From an uncultured delta proteobacterium (GTDB taxonomy: Bacteria > Myxococcota_A > Polyangia > Polyangiales > Polyangiaceae), in the NCBI GenBank assembly GCA_963850305.1, contig CAWKKR010000008.1:1728001-1792000 (forward strand): 64,000 bases of DNA, read 5' to 3'. Under the pieces are notes generated by a model, which had not been told where the DNA came from, searched no databases, and worked only from the letters and a program-made list of their open reading frames with translations. Shown piece by piece: positions 10,085 through 18,158 of this stretch (positions are counted from its first letter, which is position 1; every line of letters starts with the position of its first letter). The translations under genes and the position numbers were made by a program.

Positions 10085-11206
10085 ATGATCATCGTGATGC
10101 GCGGTGACGTCGGACCGAGCTCCGACGCGGTTCAGGAAGTGCTCCGGCAAGTTGCCAGATACGAGGGTATCGAGACCCAGGTCCGGACCATCCAGGGAGC
10201 GACCCGGAGCCTGACGGAGGTGTATCTCCTCGGTCCCACGGCGACGGTTCCGCGCGAGCCGTTCGAGGAAATCGCCGGAGTCGAAAAGGTCATCCGGATC
10301 CGGGCGAAATACCGGGTCATCGGCCGTCACGAGGGCGAGGCGGAAGCCATCGGGTTCGTATACAACGGCGTCGAGTTCAGTCAGGACACGTTCCACTTGA
10401 TGCCGGGGCTCTGCGCCGTCGACTCTCGCGAGAGCGTGGACGCGACCTTTCGCGTGCTGCGAGATCTCGGCATCGTGACGACGCGCGCTGGCGCGTACAA
10501 GCCGCGCACCAGCCCTTACGAGTTCCAGGGCCATGGCAAGCAATGTCTCCCGTACGTCTTCGAACTCGCCGGCAAGTACGGCGTTCGCGTGATCGCCATG
10601 GAGGTGACGCATGAAGCTCACGTCGACGAGATCTTGCACGCGCTCGAGGCGAGCGGCGACGCGACCGGCGTCATGCTCCAGATAGGCACTCGCAACGCAC
10701 AGAACTTCGAGCTCTTGAAGGCCGTGGGGCAGCAGCCGAAGCTACCGGTTCTCTACAAGCGCGGCATGGGTATCACGCTCGACGAGTCGCTGAACGCTTG
10801 TGAATACATCGCCTCGAGCGGGAACCACCGCATCGTTTTCTGTCTGCGCGGCATGAAGACGAACCTCGGGGACCCGCATCGGAACTTCGTCGACTTCAGT
10901 CATGTGCCGGTCGTCAGACGCCTGACCCGTCTGCCGGTCTGCGTCGATCCGTCGCACGCCGTCGGGAAGCGGTTTGCCGGAAGCGACGGCATAGAGGACA
11001 TTCATCACATGGCCGCCCAGGGTGTGATTGCGGGCGCGAACGCCGTCCTCGTCGACATGCACCCGAACCCATCGCAGGCGCTCTGCGACGGTCCGCAGGC
11101 CCTCCTTCCGCGGGAAGTGGAACATTTCGTCCGTGACATGGAGCTGGTCAGAAGGGCCTACATCGATCGCGTCGAGCTACGACGGCGGATGTTCGGCGAA
11201 AGCTGA
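10085..11206 (+). CDS. aroF: 3-deoxy-7-phosphoheptulonate (DAHP) synthase, type I-beta, with N-terminal regulatory domain
   Basis: RAGAYKPRTSPYEFQG, QIGTRNAQNFELLK, KRGMG, VDPSH and DGPQAL. Confidence 0.88.
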   Translation: MIIVMRGDVGPSSDAVQEVLRQVARYEGIETQVRTIQGATRSLTEVYLLGPTATVPREPFEEIAGVEKVIRIRAKYRVIGRHEGEAEAIGFVYNGVEFSQDTFHLMPGLCAVDSRESVDATFRVLRDLGIVTTRAGAYKPRTSPYEFQGHGKQCLPYVFELAGKYGVRVIAMEVTHEAHVDEILHALEASGDATGVMLQIGTRNAQNFELLKAVGQQPKLPVLYKRGMGITLDESLNACEYIASSGNHRIVFCLRGMKTNLGDPHRNFVDFSHVPVVRRLTRLPVCVDPSHAVGKRFAGSDGIEDIHHMAAQGVIAGANAVLVDMHPNPSQALCDGPQALLPREVEHFVRDMELVRRAYIDRVELRRRMFGES

Positions 11207-11341
11207 CGTCGCGCCGGAACCCGGCGCCGCTTGCCGGTGTCTCATCCTGAAGCTCGAGCACCTCGAACCGGCACCACCGGCGCGCTCTCGGTGTTCGTCG
11301 CCGTCCCATGAACGTTCGCTTCCGGGCTAACGTGGAGTTTC

Positions 11342-11941
11342 GTGTCCGATCCTGACGAGCAGAGGTTCATCGGGCGGCTCGTCGCGCGGGACGAGCGCGC
11401 CTTCAACGAGCTCGTGGAGCTCTACGAGGAGCGCGTCTACCGCCTCATGTTCCGGATGCTCGGTCGCAAGGACGAAGCGGAAGACATGGCTCAAGAGACG
11501 TTCGTGCAGGTATTCAAATCGATCGACCGGTTCCGGGGCGACGCCAAGCTCGGAACGTGGATCTACCGGGTCGCGGTCAACCTCTGCAAGAATCGAAGCA
11601 AGTACCTCTCGCGCCGTCACGCGAACGTCGAGGACGAGCTCGAACCCCTCGCCGAGCGCGCCGCGCTCGGTGAAGCCAGGGGAGTGACGTCGTCCGAGCT
11701 CGCGGGGCCGGATCAGATCGTGGAAGGATATCAGACGGAGGCGATCGTGAAGCGTGCGATCCTCGAGCTCGACAGCGAGTTTCGGGAAGTGCTCGTCCTC
11801 CGCGATGTCGAGGATCTCACGTACGATGAGATTGCGGAGATCACCGGGCTCGCGGAGGGAACGGTGAAGAGCCGCTTGCACCGCGCTCGGTCGATGCTCA
11901 AAGAAAAAGTGGAGAGCGTGCTCGGGGAGAAGATCGGATGA
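11342..11941 (+). CDS. ECF sigma-70 factor
   Basis: AEDMAQETF, FRGDAKLGTWIYRVAVN and LTYDEIAEITGLAEGTVKSRLHRAR. Confidence 0.93.
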   Translation: MSDPDEQRFIGRLVARDERAFNELVELYEERVYRLMFRMLGRKDEAEDMAQETFVQVFKSIDRFRGDAKLGTWIYRVAVNLCKNRSKYLSRRHANVEDELEPLAERAALGEARGVTSSELAGPDQIVEGYQTEAIVKRAILELDSEFREVLVLRDVEDLTYDEIAEITGLAEGTVKSRLHRARSMLKEKVESVLGEKIG

Positions 11942-11993
11942 CCGAGAAGAACCAGATCCCGTCGCGGCCGAGTCCGAAGAGTCGGACGTCGGT

Positions 11994-12272
11994 GTGCGCG
12001 ACTGGCTGAAGGACGCTCTCCCTGAGGAACCCGCGCGAGTGGACGTCCTTGCAGGTGTGCAAAAGAAGCTGCGCGAGCGGAGTGGCGGCAAATTCTACGC
12101 GGACGGCTGGAGCACGGCCCGTGAATCCCCCACGCTCACCTTCCTGGCGACGAGCGCGCTGATGCTGGTCGTCGTGGCACTCACGTACGCCGTGCTCGCG
12201 CCTCTGCGAGGCGTCGCGGAGAGCGTCTCGACCGAGCCCGCTCCCGTTCGTGTCATGGCGCCGCCGCGCTGA
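11994..12272 (+). CDS. Small single-TM protein, putative anti-sigma factor
   Basis: Immediately after the ECF gene; cytoplasmic N-terminus and one TM. The frame stays open upstream to the ECF stop, so the start is uncertain. Confidence 0.55.
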   Translation: MRDWLKDALPEEPARVDVLAGVQKKLRERSGGKFYADGWSTARESPTLTFLATSALMLVVVALTYAVLAPLRGVAESVSTEPAPVRVMAPPR

Positions 12273-12366
12273 GGACGCCTCGGCCACGCGCCCTCGACCC
12301 CGATCGAACCCCGCGTTAACGCCTTAGATCGTTGGATGGGTGGTGGCCGGATGGTAGGGGACGCTG

Positions 12367-14571
12367 ATGCGCCGGACGCTGCAGTTCATCCTGGTGCTTC
12401 TCGTTGGGCTCGGTGTGCTCGCGTGCGCAGGCTACGCCGTGCTCGTGAGCACCACGACGCAATGGTTCAAGGCGGACCTGGCGCTTCGCTCCCGCCTTGC
12501 CGTGGAAGCGGCGCGCGAAAGCCTGTCGAGTCACTGGTCGACGGATCCCACCGGTCTCGCGACCATCCTGGCCGATATCACGCTGGATGAACGCATCATG
12601 GGTGCCGCGGCGTGTTCGTCGGCGGGCAAGATGCTCGCGGCCACGCAGTCGTTTCCCGTCGAGTTCAAGTGCCCGTCCGTGTTTGCGCGGATGAAACGTG
12701 AAGCGCCGCACGAAGCCACGTGGTCGATGACGAGCGAGCTGCCTTCGGGGCCGGTTCAACTCAGCGCCACGTGGCTCGACGCCGATTCCGGAAGAATCGG
12801 TGCGATCCTCCTCGTGCACGACCTCAGCTATCTCACGCGCCGGGAAGCCACCGCGCGCAACCTCCTTCTCGTCGGATTCTTCGTGCTTTCAATCGGGGCT
12901 TCTCTCGTGACGGCGCTCGCGGCTCATTTCGCGCGTCGAGGCTGGATGACCGATCTGCGTCGCGCGCTGACCGGAGAGGCAAGCATGGAATTTCATCCAC
13001 TCGCGCGCGACGTCCGCGCCCTGGCGGAGCAACTCGCATCCGAGCGGCAGCAAGAGGCCGGCGTCGGGCTCTGGACACCCGGTCGTCTACACTCGATTTT
13101 GACCCAGTACGCCGGCGGTGAACGGATTGTCATCCTTGCGAATCGAGAGCCGTACATCCACGAGAAGAAGGACGGAGAGGTTCGCGTTCTGCATCCGGCG
13201 AGTGGACTGGTCACCGCTCTGGAACCGGTGATGCGCGCTTGTTCGGGCGTATGGGTCTCGCACGGGAGCGGCTCCGCGGACCGGGAGACGGTGGACTCGC
13301 ACGATCGGATCCTGGTGCCGCCCGGAGAGGAGTCATATTCCCTCCGCCGCGTGTGGCTCACGGACGCCGAGGAGTATGGCTACTACTACGGACTCTCGAA
13401 CGAGGGGCTCTGGCCGCTCTGCCACGTGGCTCACGCCAGGCCGATCTTCCGCAACGAAGACTGGGAGCACTATGTCCGCGTCAACCAGAAATTCGCCGAT
13501 GCCGTGTGCGAGGAGGTGGACACCGACGATCCGATCGTTCTCGTCCAGGATTATCACTTCGCACTCGCCCCGAAGATGATCCGGGAGCGTCTGCCACGCG
13601 CGACCGTCATCACCTTCTGGCACATCCCGTGGCCGAACGCCGAACGCATCGGTATCTGCCCCTGGCGCGACGAGCTCATCTCCGGTCTCCTTGGTTCGAG
13701 CGTCGTCGGCTTTCACACCCAGCAACACTGCAACAACTTCATCGATTCCGTGGACGCGTTCATGGAGAGTCGCATCGATCGCGAGCAGGCAGCGATCATT
13801 CAGGGGAAGCGGCGCACCCTGGTTCGGCCGTATCCCATCTCGATCGAGTGGCCCGTCCACTGGCTTGCCAACGTCGCCCCCGGGCCGCAAGCGCGCGCGG
13901 AAGTGCGCGCCGAGCTGGGCCTCTCACCCGACGCACTTCTCGGGGTAGGTGTCGATCGTCTGGACTACACCAAGGGTATCGAGGAGCGCCTCGCGGCCGT
14001 CGACGAGCTTCTCACCCGGTACCCGGAGTACAGGGGCAAATTCACCTTCATCCAGCTCGCCGCTCCGAGCAGGACCAAGATCCCGCGCTACCGGGAGCTG
14101 AACGAACGGGTCGAAACGTTGACCCGCGACATCAACGCGAAGTGGTCGACGGCGAGCTATCGCCCCGTCGTGTTGCTTCTCTCGCACCACGAGCCCGTGG
14201 ACGTTTTCCGGTACTTCCGGGCCGCGGAGCTTTGCTACGTGAGCAGCCTCCATGACGGCATGAACCTCGTTGCGAAGGAATTCGTGGCGGCGCGCGAAGA
14301 CGAGCTCGGCGTTCTCGTCCTCAGTCAGTTCACCGGCGCGGCGCGCGACCTGACCGAGGCGCTCATCGTGAACCCCTACGACCTCCGCCAGGCAAGCGAC
14401 GCACTCGCTGCCGCGCTCCGGATGTCGGAGACCGAACAGCGAGAGCGCATGCGGTCGATGCGTCGACTCCTCTCCGAGTTCAACGTCTATCGATGGGCGG
14501 GCAGGATGCTCGTCGATGCCGCGGAGCTTCGACGGCGCGAAAGACTGATCGGTCGATTTCGTTCGTCCTGA
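12367..14571 (+). CDS. otsA: Trehalose-6-phosphate synthase (GT20) with N-terminal TM-periplasmic-TM extension
   Basis: ANREPY, ASGLVTAL, VQDYH, FWHIPWP, GVDRLDYTKG and DGMNLVAKEF. Confidence 0.92.
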   Translation: MRRTLQFILVLLVGLGVLACAGYAVLVSTTTQWFKADLALRSRLAVEAARESLSSHWSTDPTGLATILADITLDERIMGAAACSSAGKMLAATQSFPVEFKCPSVFARMKREAPHEATWSMTSELPSGPVQLSATWLDADSGRIGAILLVHDLSYLTRREATARNLLLVGFFVLSIGASLVTALAAHFARRGWMTDLRRALTGEASMEFHPLARDVRALAEQLASERQQEAGVGLWTPGRLHSILTQYAGGERIVILANREPYIHEKKDGEVRVLHPASGLVTALEPVMRACSGVWVSHGSGSADRETVDSHDRILVPPGEESYSLRRVWLTDAEEYGYYYGLSNEGLWPLCHVAHARPIFRNEDWEHYVRVNQKFADAVCEEVDTDDPIVLVQDYHFALAPKMIRERLPRATVITFWHIPWPNAERIGICPWRDELISGLLGSSVVGFHTQQHCNNFIDSVDAFMESRIDREQAAIIQGKRRTLVRPYPISIEWPVHWLANVAPGPQARAEVRAELGLSPDALLGVGVDRLDYTKGIEERLAAVDELLTRYPEYRGKFTFIQLAAPSRTKIPRYRELNERVETLTRDINAKWSTASYRPVVLLLSHHEPVDVFRYFRAAELCYVSSLHDGMNLVAKEFVAAREDELGVLVLSQFTGAARDLTEALIVNPYDLRQASDALAAALRMSETEQRERMRSMRRLLSEFNVYRWAGRMLVDAAELRRRERLIGRFRSS

Positions 14572-14602
14572 GGCCCTCGACCACCTGCGATCGCCGTCCC
14601 CG

Positions 14603-16120
14603 TCACCGACGGAAGGGCGATCGTCCAGGGATGCGCATCGGCATTGCAGGCCGGAAGCGCGCAGGCGCCGTCGGTAGCGGAGGACGCGGCGGCGGTGCTC
14701 GCCGTGCCGTCGGTGGCGTGGGCTTGTTCGGATAGAGGGTGATGGAATGTCGAACCCGGATCGGGAGAAACCGGCGCGTCTCGAGCGTTCCGGTGAAGGC
14801 ATTCAATCCGACGTCCGAGCCGTTCTCCGCGCTCTCGAAGGTCGCGCCCACCAGATAGATGCCCCGTCCTGCGAAGGTCCCGCGCGGACACAGCTCCACC
14901 AGACGACTGACCAGCGTCAGCGTTCCGTGGGGACGCAGCGTCGTATACGCCCCCCGCGTCGGGTCACGCGGCTCGTCATCCGCAGTGCACGTGACGGTTC
15001 CCTGTTCGCCCACGACATCGAACGAAAGCAGATCGCGCCGCACGTACGCAACCATGCGCCTCCCCGTCGGGTTCCGGAGACGCACGGACGCCGTCACGGC
15101 GCGCGCATTCGTTGCGTCCGAGCCTCGCACCATCTCGAATACCGGGGTCACGCGCGGCGGCGGATCCGGTGAACGCAGCTCGACGAACTCCGGCGCGTTC
15201 GTCGCGTCGAGCGTGATCGCGTCCGCTTCGAGGCGCCGCATCGCGGGACCAACTCCACTTCCCGTCGGTCGCGCGAGGATCGCCCCTCCTCCATGCGTAC
15301 CGTTCGAGCCGAGCACCGCCGTCACGCTGGAGCCCGCGACCAGGGCCTTTCTGACCGACGGCGCGAAGCAATAGAAGCGCGGATCGAAGTGACGAACGAG
15401 ACTGCCTTCGGGTTCGATGATCGTCCAGATCCACGGTGCGGACGGATCCGGCCTCGTGTCTCGCGGGAGCCGGCAGGTCGCCAGCTTGCCACCAGGCGTT
15501 CGCACCTCGAGCGAGAGCAACCGCAGATCACCGACAAGCTGATACGGCACCTGGCTCCGATTCTCGAACCGAAGCTCCCAATCCCCCGTTCGGTCTCTTG
15601 CCGATAGTTTGATTAGCAAAGGGGGCCTTGCCCCCGCGGCTCGCTTCGCGCCCGCTCCCCCGCCGCCTTCGGCGGGCTCGCTCCGCTCGTTAGGTAAAGG
15701 GGGCCTTGCCCCCGCGGCTCGCTTCGCGCCCGCTCCCCCGCCGCCTTCGGCGGGCTCGCTCCGCTCGTTAGGTAAAGGGGGCCTTGCCCCCGCGGCTCGC
15801 TTCGCGCCCGCTCCCCCGCCGCCTTCGGCGGGCTCGCTCCGCTCGTTAGGTAAAGGGGGCCTTGCCCCCGCGGCTCGCTTCGCGACCGCTCCCCCGCCGC
15901 CTTCGGCGGGCTCGCTCCGCTCGTGGAGTTCCGCACGTCTTTGATCCCTCTGGGACGACGCTGCTCGTCGATGCGGAACTACTAGGAAAGGGGGGCCTTG
16001 CCCCGCCGAAGACGTGTGCGCGGCAGACGAGTGGGCGATCGAACCGGTCGCGAGAAAGAACAGCGCGGCGCGTACGAACGGAGCAAGTAGGTAGCGAAGA
16101 ATCGGGGGGACGGTCATCAC
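14603..16120 (-). CDS. Hypothetical secreted protein carrying an in-frame 26-aa tandem repeat
   Basis: Signal-peptide-like N-terminus, four copies of ERSEPAEGGGGAGAKRAAGARPPLPN, then a beta-rich globular region with paired Cys and a Pro/Arg tail. Confidence 0.65.
   Translation of the reverse strand: MMTVPPILRYLLAPFVRAALFFLATGSIAHSSAAHTSSAGQGPPFLVVPHRRAASSQRDQRRAELHERSEPAEGGGGAVAKRAAGARPPLPNERSEPAEGGGGAGAKRAAGARPPLPNERSEPAEGGGGAGAKRAAGARPPLPNERSEPAEGGGGAGAKRAAGARPPLLIKLSARDRTGDWELRFENRSQVPYQLVGDLRLLSLEVRTPGGKLATCRLPRDTRPDPSAPWIWTIIEPEGSLVRHFDPRFYCFAPSVRKALVAGSSVTAVLGSNGTHGGGAILARPTGSGVGPAMRRLEADAITLDATNAPEFVELRSPDPPPRVTPVFEMVRGSDATNARAVTASVRLRNPTGRRMVAYVRRDLLSFDVVGEQGTVTCTADDEPRDPTRGAYTTLRPHGTLTLVSRLVELCPRGTFAGRGIYLVGATFESAENGSDVGLNAFTGTLETRRFLPIRVRHSITLYPNKPTPPTARRAPPPRPPLPTAPARFRPAMPMRIPGRSPFRR
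15613..15924. repeat. Tandem array of four 78-bp palindromic (REP-like) units, with a partial fifth copy at about 15982-16004
   Basis: AAAGGGGGCCTTGCCCCC recurs at 15618, 15696, 15774 and 15852 (period 78). Units contain the hairpins GGGGGC-CTT-GCCCCC and CCG-CC-TTC-GG-CGG. Confidence 0.95.
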
Positions 16121-16244
16121 GGAAGCTCGCGCAGCATGCTAGCGCGAAAGCTCCAGCGCGCCGCGCATTCGCGGCACGAATCGGTCGAGGCCCGCACAGT
16201 TGCGTGACGCGTCGAGAAGCATCCGTGGGCGGGTGCCATGCCAT

Positions 16245-16433
16245 GCTGATCAGCTGGCGGCCATCCGTTCGCTCGTCGAAGCGCGTTCCACGAAGAGTGT
16301 GTCCGCTTTCGTGCAGCACGCCGTCGCGGTCTCCCTCAACGACGTCGCCGGGTGGGGCGAGGCTCTCGCGTCCGCACTCGAGCAGACGGGGGGACCAATC
16401 ACGAACGCCTGGATCCGTCGGCGTCAGTCGTGA
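16245..16433 (+). pseudogene. Remnant of a ribbon-helix-helix-type antitoxin
   Basis: DQLAAIRSLVEARSTKSVSAFVQHAVAVSLNDVAGWGEALASALEQTGGP resembles small antitoxins that precede PIN toxins. There is no good start and no toxin follows. Confidence 0.55.
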
Positions 16434-16505
16434 AGATCTGACGCGCCTGGCGCCGGGTTGCCACGCGTGCCCGGAGGGCTTCCGCCAGAGTCGGTCGCTC
16501 ACCCT

Positions 16506-16813
16506 CACCGAGGTGATCAGGTTCACCCACCGAGGCGATCAGCTTGACCCACCGAGGTGATCAGCTTGACCCACCGAGGTGATCAGCTTGACCCACCGAG
16601 GTGATCAGCTTGACCCACCGAGGTGATCAGCTTGACCCACCGAGGTGATCAGGTTCACCCACCGAGGTGATCAGGTTCACCCACCGAGGTGATCAGGTTC
16701 ACCCACCGAGGTGATCAGGTTCACCCACCGAGGTGATCGGCTTCACCCACCGAGGTGATCAGGTTCACCCACCGAGGGGAACGTGTTCACCCACCGAGGG
16801 GAGCTCGTTACCC
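16506..16813. repeat. Non-coding tandem array of 14 x 22-bp units (CACCGAGGTGATCAG[GTTC/CTTG]ACC)
   Basis: CACCGAGG starts every 22 bp from 16506 to 16792. The last two copies are degenerate; TGA occurs on both strands. Confidence 0.97.
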
Positions 16814-17140
16814 CGGCTCTCATCCCCGACCGAGACGCTCCCTCGGGATTTATTCCCGCGTGAGAGAAAAAAAAGGACGAATCTCACTGTCTCTCTCGTG
16901 CACCGCGATCGCATGATCATGCGTAGTGTGTTCGTCGTCTGTCGGGCCGGCGCGCCGCGAGTGTCGTTGAATCGGCACATGTGAATGCAGTTCAACACCA
17001 ACCCGTGGGCCTAAACTCGAATCGGAGCGGCAAATTCGGATCGGAACGGTCGATGCAAGGGGCGCCGTCGGTCGGAACGTGATGCCTGCTGTGGGCACCA
17101 CGACACAAAGACAGCCGATCGAATCGATGAAGGAATCATC

Positions 17141-17779
17141 ATGTCCAAGAACATCAACAAAACACTCCTCATCACTCTGGAGGAGAACGTCGTCGCGGCA
17201 CTCGCCAAGTACGCGCCGGACGTGAACGTCCCCATCGGGGGCAAGTCCATCGCGAGCAAGGATCTGCAAACGCAGCTTCAAGCTCACGTGGACACGATGA
17301 AGGCCACGGGCGACGCGCGCGCGAAGTATTCGCAGCTCGTCCTTCAGGGCCGGGCACAGGCGGCGGCGACCGCGCCGCTCCTGTCGGGGATCCACACGTT
17401 CGTCGCGGCAAGCTACGGGGAACAGAGCCCCGAGTTTGCGGCCTTCGGCTTCACGCCGAGGACGGCGCGGCATGCGCCATCGGCGGAATCGAGAGCCGGA
17501 GCCGTGCAGAAGCTCCTCGCGACACGCGCTGCCCGTCACACGATGGGCGATCGCCAGCGCGCCGCCATTCACGGCGTCGTCCCGACGACCACGCCCCCGA
17601 ACGGCCCCGTCGCGTCGCCGCCCACGACGACGCCAATCACGCCGTCCGTACAGCCCGCGCCCGTGGCGTCGCCGCCCGCGACGACTGCGCCCGTCGCGCC
17701 GCCCGCGTCGCCACCGGTGACTCCGGTCGCGAACGGCGCGGCCGCGGCCACCACGGCCGTGAATGGGACGTCGCATTGA
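17141..17779 (+). CDS. Hypothetical protein: helical domain, basic ATRAARHTMG motif and Pro/Thr/Ala-rich tail
   Basis: GAAGGA RBS upstream, coding-like composition and its own terminator downstream. Confidence 0.85.
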   Translation: MSKNINKTLLITLEENVVAALAKYAPDVNVPIGGKSIASKDLQTQLQAHVDTMKATGDARAKYSQLVLQGRAQAAATAPLLSGIHTFVAASYGEQSPEFAAFGFTPRTARHAPSAESRAGAVQKLLATRAARHTMGDRQRAAIHGVVPTTTPPNGPVASPPTTTPITPSVQPAPVASPPATTAPVAPPASPPVTPVANGAAAATTAVNGTSH

Positions 17780-17793
17780 ATGAAGTGAGAGTG

Positions 17794-17838
17794 GCCGCGG
17801 GGAGCTCCGTGAGCCGGCGCTCCCCGCGGCGTTTCTTC
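17794..17838 (+). terminator. Intrinsic terminator
   Basis: Perfect 12-bp stem GCCGCGGGGAGC (17794-17805) / GCTCCCCGCGGC (17819-17830) followed by GTTTCTTC. Confidence 0.75.
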
Positions 17839-17841
17839 GCG

Positions 17842-17944
17842 ATGCGGTTCGGATGTGCTCCAGGGTCTCTTTGAACTCCCGAGCGAACAGATCGGGAGCA
17901 ACTTCGACGAGCCGCTCGAGGATTTCGCGCCGTACACGGCATGA
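17842..17944 (+). pseudogene. C-terminal remnant of an antitoxin (FDEPLEDF-type)
   Basis: RFGCA, frameshift, then GLFELPSEQIGSNFDEPLEDFAPYTA*. The stop overlaps the toxin start (ATGA at 17941-17944). Confidence 0.65.
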
Positions 17945-18085
17945 ACCTGCTGCTGGATACCCACGCCTTCCTCTGGTTCATGGAGGGCAGCGAGCTCACG
18001 AAGCCCTTCGGCGATCTTCTATCGGTGCTCCTCGCGGACTCGGGTATCGAGCTGCCCCCATCGAGGTCTCCGACCTGGCCAGCGC
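17941..18085 (+). pseudogene. vapC: VapC/PIN toxin remnant with internal deletion
   Basis: MNLLLDTHAFLWF is a classic PIN N-terminus. It jumps directly to LTKPFGDLLSVLLADSGIELP (mid-protein) and the C-terminal DPFDR-type motif is absent. Confidence 0.7.
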
Positions 18086-18158
18086 AAGGCCCGGTTACTG
18101 GCCTCGTCCGGCCGTGCACGCCGTACCGCACGCGCCGCAGCGTGCGGGATTCCCGGCC

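Noticed and set aside
15613..15924. Integron attC array (GTTAGGT matches GTTRRRY at unit junctions)
   Set aside because: No RYYYAAC inverse core within the units, no cassette ORFs between them and no integrase.
16506..16813. CRISPR array
   Set aside because: Units are contiguous with no unique spacers, and there are no cas genes in the window.
17025..17125. Canonical cyclic di-GMP-I or -II riboswitch
   Set aside because: The class I 3' partner for GGCAA and the class II GUGC pseudoknot partner are missing. Kept only as an unclassified structured leader.
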